Positions 18,949 to 25,424 of a DNA stretch of 36,571 nucleotides are shown here, piece by piece. The first letter of the stretch is position 1, and each line of letters opens with the position of its first letter. The position numbers were made by a program, and so were the translations under genes. Where the stretch lies: NCBI GenBank assembly GCA_046758365.1, contig JBHIAC010000018.1:1-36571 (forward strand). The letters are read 5' to 3'. This DNA comes from a bacterium (lineage in GTDB: Bacteria > Zhuqueibacterota > Zhuqueibacteria > Oceanimicrobiales > Oceanimicrobiaceae). The notes under the pieces were generated by a model, which was given only the letters and a program-made list of their open reading frames with translations, did no database searches and was not told the origin of the DNA.

Positions 18949-19165
18949 GAATTTTTCACTGGAGCACAGCCCGAAGAGGCCAAGGCTCCTACAAGGAAAT
19001 CTTTAATTAACTGGATTACTAACTAACCCTGATGCTGCATGGCGGCACAGCCCGAAAGAGGCCAAGGCCGAGAAAAAAGCACAGTCAAAAAAATAATGAC
19101 TCAGGCTCGAAGAAAGTAGCTTAGAATTGAAATATGAAGCTCATTCAGTTAAAAGGGAGGGATAG

Positions 19166-19966
19166 ATGAGAAAAATAACGCTTGCGGTTCCGAGAGGAGC
19201 AACTGACATCCCAATAGCTCGTGATACGCTTGAAAGGGCCTGGGAGAGTGTGGTTTCAAGAGGCTTGAATGCGGAATATCTTAAGGTAAACTCGTTACCG
19301 AGAAGTTACGCGAGGAACATCCTGGTGCTTAGTTACCTGAAGAAAGTCTCTGGAGATGACGGTTATTTTCTGTTTGTTGATTCCGACATGATGCTCCACC
19401 CGCATACAGCCATAACCCTGCATGACAGAATGGAGCGCCAACCTGAAATTGCGATTTTGAGCGCAGCTTATTTCCAAAGAAACATCAACGCACCATTCCC
19501 ATCCTTTTTCAAGGATTGCGGAAACACCGTAATGACTGAATTCGGGAATGATGAAAAGGAATTTAAGTTGAACTCTGAGGTACTAGAGGATTTTTATGCT
19601 GCCTATCCTGAAATTCTAAATAGCAGCCAAGCGTATTACTGTTATCCCAAGATAAAGGATCACACTTGCCTGTTTGAAATGGATCGCGTGGGCGCAGGTT
19701 GCCTCATGGTAAGGAGAGGGGTATTTGAGAAAATCAAGCATCCCTGGTTCAGCTTTGACGAATACGGAATAGGTGAGGACTTTGATTTCTGCCGGAAGGC
19801 AAAAGCGCACGGCTTCAAGATTTTTGTAGACCTTGCAGTCATGTGCGGCCATGTTACGAATTATACCGTAACCCATCGTGATTGTATGAGATGGGGCTAT
19901 TACCTAAGATTACAGAATCCAAATGCAAATGGTCGTTTGCAATTGCGCAAAGCAAATGGAGTTTGA
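19166..19966 (+). CDS. Glycosyltransferase family 2-like protein (phage type)
   Basis: ARN, FLFVDSDM (DxD), GAGCLMVRRGVFEK..PWF, GEDFDFC, CGH motifs; GGGAGG RBS. Confidence 0.82.
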   Translation: MRKITLAVPRGATDIPIARDTLERAWESVVSRGLNAEYLKVNSLPRSYARNILVLSYLKKVSGDDGYFLFVDSDMMLHPHTAITLHDRMERQPEIAILSAAYFQRNINAPFPSFFKDCGNTVMTEFGNDEKEFKLNSEVLEDFYAAYPEILNSSQAYYCYPKIKDHTCLFEMDRVGAGCLMVRRGVFEKIKHPWFSFDEYGIGEDFDFCRKAKAHGFKIFVDLAVMCGHVTNYTVTHRDCMRWGYYLRLQNPNANGRLQLRKANGV

Positions 19967-19978
19967 TAGGAGACTTTG

Positions 19979-20736
19979 ATGAAAGTAACTTTAGCGGCTC
20001 CCCGATTGAATTATGGAATGCAGCAGTGCCGTGACACCGTTGAATCAGCTTATGACAGATTGGAAAAGGAGGGACTGGCGCACCGCTATATAAACGTGCT
20101 CTCCCATCCACATGCAGCCGCGAGAAACGAATTGATAAAATTGTTCCTAAGGAACCCTTCCGATACCTGGCGTTTGTGGATAGCGATCACTATCTCCATC
20201 CGGATACTTTGCTGGCACTTCATCAGCGCATGCAAAGGAACCCGGAAATCGGCATTCTAAGCGCCTTGTATTTCCGGCGCTATGTCGACCGGCCTCTCCC
20301 AGAACTTGGCAATTTCACAACCACCAAAAACTCAGAGTGGGAAATGACTGTCGACGCGCCTATTGAAAAACTGAAGTCATTCTTTGAACATCATCCGGAG
20401 GTTTCGCAGCAAACGCAGTGCTACGTTTTCACGGACATACCCGATGATGAGGCGATCATGGAGATCGACACGTGTGGGGCTGGCTGCATGATGATCCGGC
20501 GTGAGGTGCTCGAAAAAGTCAAGCCTCCGTGGTTCAGCTTTTCCGCCTGGGGCTTGAACGAGGACTGGAATTTCTGCAAGAAGGCCAAATCGGAAGGAAT
20601 AAGAATTTGCGTGGATCTGTCGGTCATGACAGGGCATTCGGCAACTTACTACGTCGACCATATAGATTTCCTGCAATATGTCCGATTCGCACAGGCTTCC
20701 ATGAAAAAGGAAGTTGAGACCATAAGAATGCACTGA
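19979..20736 (+). pseudogene. Second GT2-like paralog with a frameshift at ~20164
   Basis: N-terminal part MKVTLAAPR..RDTVES..ARN joins YLAFVDSDH in the -1 frame (TCC GAT ACC vs TAC CTG GCG TTT GTG GAT); colinear with 19166..19966. Confidence 0.8.
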
Positions 20737-21029
20737 GGAGGGCAAGAGCCAAAAACAAGTAGCAGCCTTGTTGGGAATAGCACGTAGAACAGTAGATTAT
20801 TATGAAGAAAATATAAATAATGTCAGTACTGACATTGCTTATACTCCAAGAGTTAGCCAGAAGATACCGAAGTCCGAATACAACGAAAGGTATTTGTTTA
20901 ACATTTTAAAGTTGTAAATTGTTTTTAAAAAACGAACCCACACACGCAATTAGCTTTTTTAAAGGCTCAAGGGACTTTAACCGTGTGGGTTCACCCTTGG
21001 GCCTTTTTAACTTAAAATTTTGAAAAGCG

Positions 21030-21392
21030 ATGAAAGAAATATTTATCAAGTCACCACAGAAAGGTTTGAGTATCCAACAATGGGAAATTCTTCTTGATAT
21101 TTTTGAAATTACTATTTTCGCAGAAGAACACGGTCATGATTTGATTAAAATTTATGCCCCATGCTGGGGTATTTGTTGGCAACCTAGCAAGCGGAATCGA
21201 GGTGATTGGTCATTCTCAAAGAGTGCAAGTATGTCTCGCTCTTTGCGTCGGCTTGAAAGTAGAGGGCTTATAGAGAGAAAAAATGATATTAGTTGTGGCA
21301 GACGTACTACATATGTAAAGCTAACAGATATTGGCAGAATGGTAGTCACATACGTGTATAAGATAATCGCTAAGCATAACAAGAACGGTTAA
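21030..21392 (+). CDS. Winged-helix (MarR-like) DNA-binding protein
   Basis: SMSRSLRRLESRGLIER...RRTTYVKLTDIGR. Confidence 0.7.
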   Translation: MKEIFIKSPQKGLSIQQWEILLDIFEITIFAEEHGHDLIKIYAPCWGICWQPSKRNRGDWSFSKSASMSRSLRRLESRGLIERKNDISCGRRTTYVKLTDIGRMVVTYVYKIIAKHNKNG

Positions 21393-21425
21393 CAAAATAA
21401 GTACCTTTTTTTGTTAACCGTTCTT
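21381..21425. repeat. Perfect 17-bp inverted repeat
   Basis: AAGAACGGTTAACAAAA (21381-21397) / TTTTGTTAACCGTTCTT (21409-21425). Confidence 0.75.
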
Positions 21426-21480
21426 ATAATATTAACATTTTCCACTTGACTTTCTCAGAAAAAATGCCGATATTAATAGA

Positions 21481-21603
21481 AGCGGAATTGCCTGAGGTTT
21501 TTTATGTTCACGCGAACATAAACGGGAAAAGCCCAAGGTTGTGGAGACTCCGTAAGGACTCCAAAAATACCCTCAGGTATTTCGCTCAGCCTTGGGCTTT
21601 TCC
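21481..21603 (+). ncRNA. Structured leader RNA, c4/CI antisense-like
   Basis: Closing helix 21481-21497/21571-21586; internal hairpins TTTATGTTC-ACGC-GAACATAAA and TCC-GTAA-GGA (GNRA); alternative helix 21525-21541/21587-21603; promoter-like TTGACT-17-GATATT at 21446-21474. Confidence 0.55.
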
Positions 21604-21621
21604 TTATTAGGAGGTGTCATC

Positions 21622-21843
21622 ATGCACCAGACCAACAAAGAGCCAGAGAGGGATTTTCCTGATGAGTTGACTACAACCCTTTTCAAGGCTGCCAATTTCA
21701 CCGAATTGGTCAAGCAATACGCAGTAAACGAAGACCCCCTCATCTACGATGTTTTGATTGTTATAGGAGACACGCTCTCCGAAGCCTATTCGATCCTTGA
21801 GGACTGGCAGGACTGCGGATATGACGGCGGCAAGCGCATCTGA
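21622..21843 (+). CDS. Small acidic hypothetical protein
   Basis: AGGAGG RBS at 21609-21614, directly after the structured leader. Confidence 0.65.
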   Translation: MHQTNKEPERDFPDELTTTLFKAANFTELVKQYAVNEDPLIYDVLIVIGDTLSEAYSILEDWQDCGYDGGKRI

Positions 21844-22072
21844 TTGGATGGCCGCCGGTGGCTTCATTCTTTCCTCTGACAAACCCTCCCACTATTGGGA
21901 TAACTTGCACCGGCGGCCAACAAATATGTATGGGAGCCACGAGAAAGTGACTCCACAGAAGTGGCTAAAAACGCTAAAAATCATATTTTGCGAGTTTTTT
22001 AACAGTGATGAGAACTTTTTCCTTACTTTCCTAAAATGCGTTCAAATAAGCGTTAAATACATAAGGCGCTAA

Positions 22073-22315
22073 TTGGGAAAGCCACCCCAGAATCCCCAGC
22101 TTAGTGCAAAAATGCACGAAGCTGATAAAGGCGAAGCGGCGGAGATCGAGAAGGCATTGAGGATCGTAGAATGGCGTCGAGGAATGATTCTTGGAAATGG
22201 TGAACCAGGGAAAAGAACAGACTTGCAACCTGTCCCATGCGTGGGACAGGTTAAGATTGCCAAACAGACGGCTTCCCGTTACCGCAAGATCGCAAGATAC
22301 TGGAATTATATCTGA
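22073..22315 (+). pseudogene. Fragment of a phage protein (AAEI...GKRTDL...ASRYRKIA family)
   Basis: Resembles the N-terminal domain often fused to phage methyltransferases; no clear start. Confidence 0.4.
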
Positions 22316-22474
22316 GAGCCGAGAACACTCAAGAGAAAATAGCGGAGATGTTAGATATTGGTGTTATGACTGTTAATGATATTCTAAAAAAATACGGAAA
22401 TGGACAAATGTCCGAATCCGTAAAAGATTTACAGCCGTACCTCTACAACATCTGGAATACAAACAGACAGGACA

Positions 22475-23452
22475 ATGACTCGGAAAACTAATGACTACCT
22501 TTCCACCAGGCTGCCCAGGAAGCAAGAAAAACCAATGGACGGGCACCTGAGCCGTTATCTGTATTTCCTGCGATTCGAGAGGAACGCATCGGCCAAGACG
22601 GTTGAATCCTACCGGGCGAAGATTGCCCGTTACCTGGAGCATTTGGGGAACATAGGCGTCAAGAGTATTAAGGACGTAAAACATCCAGACATAACTTCAT
22701 TAATTCACCTACTTGCCGAGGTCGGGTACGCGCCGAGGAGCGTCTCCAGTGTTGTAACGGCTATCAGGATGTTCCACCGTTGGCTATTTGCCGAGGGCTG
22801 CCTTGATTTCGACCCGACGCTCAGGCTGGTTTCTCCAAAGCTGCCCAAAGTCCTGCCGGTGGTCTTGGAGCCGGAGGAGGTTGAGCGTATAATAATCCAG
22901 CCGGATATCGGCACGCCCCTGGGCCTCCGGGACAGGGCGATGCTTGAGTTCCTCTACACCACCGGCGTCAGGGTGGGCGAGCTCGTCTCGGCCGTAAGGT
23001 CGGATTTGCATTTCCCTAACGAGTTCATTCGGGTGTTCGGCAAAGGCTCAAAGGAGCGGCTCGTGCCTATCCACAGGCAGGCCATACTTTTCACCGAGCG
23101 GTACCTGAAAGAGGTCAGGCCGATGCTGGCCAATAAGCACAGCGGGGACGCGCTTTTCCTGAACTGGTGGGGCAGGGCATTGACCAAACAGGGATTCAGC
23201 AAGATACTGAAAGTCTACGTGCGGCAGGCGGGGATCGCGAAGAGAGTAACTCCGCACACGTTCAGGCACTCTTTCGCAACCCACCTCTTGAAGGGCGGTG
23301 CAAACATAAGAGCCGTCCAGGAGATGTTGGGCCATGAGGACATCTCCACCACCCAGCTTTACACGCATCTCGACCGGAAGTATCTCAAAGAGGTGCATGG
23401 GAAATGTCACCCGTTGGAGAAATATGGTGGTCATTATAAAAATCAGGGCTGA
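22475..23452 (+). CDS. xerD: XerD-like tyrosine recombinase
   Basis: RDRAMLEFLYTTGVRVGEL, GKGSKERLVP, TPHTFRHSFATHLL.GGA.IRAVQEMLGH.DISTTQLYTH, C-terminal CHP; likely start ATG 22535; visibly GC-richer than its flanks. Confidence 0.9.
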   Translation: MTRKTNDYLSTRLPRKQEKPMDGHLSRYLYFLRFERNASAKTVESYRAKIARYLEHLGNIGVKSIKDVKHPDITSLIHLLAEVGYAPRSVSSVVTAIRMFHRWLFAEGCLDFDPTLRLVSPKLPKVLPVVLEPEEVERIIIQPDIGTPLGLRDRAMLEFLYTTGVRVGELVSAVRSDLHFPNEFIRVFGKGSKERLVPIHRQAILFTERYLKEVRPMLANKHSGDALFLNWWGRALTKQGFSKILKVYVRQAGIAKRVTPHTFRHSFATHLLKGGANIRAVQEMLGHEDISTTQLYTHLDRKYLKEVHGKCHPLEKYGGHYKNQG

Positions 23453-23621
23453 GCGGAAAGCAGGTGAATATTTGAGTAAAATGAATAAACAAAGTCCTGG
23501 TGAACATTGGAAAAAGAAACGGTTCCACGATGGAACCGTTACTCCAAAATTAACAGAATTGGGTATAGAAAAAAATCAATCCTACCGTTGGCAGAAAATA
23601 CAAAGCGGAAAGTGCTATTGA
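23430..23621 (+). pseudogene. Truncated phage protein remnant (IKIRAERKAGE...LTELGIEKNQSYRWQKI)
   Basis: Recognisable RAERKAGE / LGI..QS.RWQK pattern; N-terminus overlapped by the xerD end. Confidence 0.5.
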
Positions 23622-23715
23622 CAAATTATCAAAATTTCGCAAATTGCGAAATTTGAATCGTTCGGCAACACCAAGGCTATTGTGAAAAAAAAGTTTAGAA
23701 AATCGCATTTTTCTC

Positions 23716-23744
23716 TTGACATTGACGGAACTTTTTTGTACATT
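23716..23744 (+). promoter_or_regulatory. Putative sigma70 promoter of the integrase operon
   Basis: TTGACA-17 nt-TACATT. Confidence 0.7.
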
Positions 23745-23783
23745 GTAGGTACAATAATTAGGACTAAATAAAAGGGTTCCATT

Positions 23784-23933
23784 ATGAAAGAGAAAAAAGT
23801 AAGATACGACATTCAGATTCCCATGTCTCTGGTTGAAAAGGCCGAATCGCTCAAGCCGAATTTGAGCGCTTTCGTTACCTTTTGTCTCAGGGACGATAAG
23901 CTAATTGAGAAATTCTACAAGAGCGGGAGGTGA
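23784..23933 (+). CDS. Small ribbon-helix-helix (CcdA/CopG-like) protein, not in the ORF track
   Basis: MKEKKVRYDIQIPMSLVEKAESLKPNLSAFVTFCLRDDKLIEKFYKSGR (49 aa); alternating beta strand, helix, NLS-helix. Confidence 0.6.
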   Translation: MKEKKVRYDIQIPMSLVEKAESLKPNLSAFVTFCLRDDKLIEKFYKSGR

Positions 23934-23937
23934 TAAC

Positions 23938-24093
23938 TTGAAAGCAATGCTGAAAGAACTCGCGCCCAACACCTTTGTCACCTACAAAAGCAAGAGATGG
24001 GTAATCGTCAAGCGCGAGAATGGCCACGTCGTCTTGAGGGACCGGGAAGGCAAGCAAGTCGAGGTCAAGGCAGACAAGAAAGTAAGTTTATAA
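23938..24093 (+). CDS. Small basic beta-rich hypothetical protein
   Basis: GGGAGG RBS at 23925-23930; TTG 23938 or ATG 23947; ends 15 nt before the integrase. Confidence 0.6.
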   Translation: MKAMLKELAPNTFVTYKSKRWVIVKRENGHVVLRDREGKQVEVKADKKVSL

Positions 24094-24108
24094 AACAGGA
24101 GGTGCAAC

Positions 24109-25245
24109 ATGGGAGTATACTACAAAACCAGAGCCGACGATACACGCGTCTGGTATTATGATTTATGTGTCGATGGCAAGCGCCAGCGCAAGATCGCCGG
24201 CAATGGGCGTTCGAAGCGCGAGGCGCTGAACGTATTGGCGGAAATCCGTTCGAAGTACCGCAAGGGTGAATTTGATCCATTCAAAAAGGCAAAAGACCCG
24301 CGATTTGGTGAGTTTGCCGAAAAGTTTTTAAAATGGTCTCAAACCAACAAACGGAGCTTCAAGCGAGACGAGCAATTTATTGAGAATCTAAAAAGATGGT
24401 TTTCAGAACGTAGACTTAGTTCTATTGACGCTGAGGACATTGAAACATACAAAATTGAACGAAAGGCGGAAAATTGCCGATGCGGAAATATTGAACTCGA
24501 CCGACAGGTTTCTAACGCAACTGTTAACCGTGAAATTGCCTGTTTAAAAAGGCTGTACAACCTGGCTATCAAGTGAAAAGACGCAAAAAGGAATCCAATG
24601 AATGACATCGAGTTTTTGAACGAACCCAAAACTGAGGAACGTTATATAACTGAAGAAGAATTTGAAAAACTTGAAGAAGCCGCCTGCCCGACGTTGAAAC
24701 CGGTTTTATTGCTTGCTTACAATACAGGAATGCGACTTGAGGAATTCTTGAGCTTGAAATGGAGTCAAGTTAATTTGAACAATCCACCTTTAAAAATGGT
24801 TGGAAATGTCCTGAATTATGGCTATATTCAATTGTTTAATACTAAAAGCGGCGAGTCTCGCGAGATTCCAATTAACCGGACTCTGTGGGAATATTTACGG
24901 AAACAATCAAGAGACGATGCAAACGATTACGTACTCAGAGCGTCTCACGGTGGCAGATATAAGTCAATTAAAGACCAATTTAAAAACGCGCTCAAAAAGG
25001 CAGGTCTGAAACCGGCCAGAATCCATGATCTACGTGGTTCATGGGCCACACGTATAAACGAAAACGGAGTGGATGCTTATACAATTATGAAAATAGGCGG
25101 GTGGTCTTCGCTTTCGGTTTTAGAAAGATACTTGCGCCGCAACCAGAAAAACTTCATACTCGCGATGCAGTCGCTGGATTCTGTGACACCGTATTGCCAC
25201 CAAACCGAAAATGAACCGAAAAAACTCAAAGCGAAGGTGGCTTAA
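24109..25245 (+). CDS. int: Tyrosine integrase interrupted by in-frame TGA at 24574-24576 (pseudogene or readthrough)
   Basis: ORFs 24109..24576 and 24598..25245 share one frame; arm-binding N-terminus, ATVNREIACLK, TGMRLEE (R), TKSG (K), HDLR, GGW, ERY catalytic residues; AGGAGG RBS. Confidence 0.9.
25184..25204 (+). promoter_or_regulatory. Putative integrase arm-type binding sites (right)
   Basis: TGACACCGTATTGCCACCAAA within the integrase 3' end; matches 11799..11820. Confidence 0.6.
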
Positions 25246-25264
25246 ATGTATGTTTTTACTACAT

Positions 25265-25363
25265 GGGAATGGATGGGCGCCTGGTGGCCTCCGCGGTCTT
25301 CAAAACCGTTGCGTCCCGATTCACCTCGGGATGGGTGGGTTCGATTCCCACACGTTCCCGCCA
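25265..25363 (+). tRNA. selC: tRNA-Sec (UCA); first 44 nt form attR
   Basis: Acceptor GGGAATG/CGTTCCC, anticodon loop CTTCAAA (TCA 25300-25302), long variable arm CGTCCCGA/TCGGGATG, T arm GTGGG-TTCGATT-CCCAC, G discriminator + CCA. Confidence 0.96.
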
Positions 25364-25424
25364 AACTTTAAACAGGATTATTTAGACTTACAGAATAAAT
25401 TCAAAAGGGGCAATAATAAAAGAA

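Larger units (their letters stand above)
11624..25308 (+). mobile_element. Integrative element / putative phage satellite inserted in tRNA-Sec
   Basis: Exact 44-bp direct repeats at both ends; tyrosine integrase adjacent to the right repeat; TerS/TerL, Xis-like, XRE and SSB-like genes. Confidence 0.92.

Noticed and set aside
18964..19068. Mini-CRISPR from the 23/24-bp direct repeat
   Set aside because: Only two copies, a ~58-nt gap, and covarying flanking stems point to an RNA motif instead
24577..24625. SECIS hairpin downstream of the integrase UGA
   Set aside because: Only weak pairing (CAAAAA/TTTTTG); no stable upper stem with a G-led apical loop like that in selD
11624..25308. Element-wide UGA reassignment (alternative genetic code) explaining the integrase TGA
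   Set aside because: Other element genes end at TGA directly before the next gene or at the natural end of homology (e.g. 18357, 19966, 20736, 23933)
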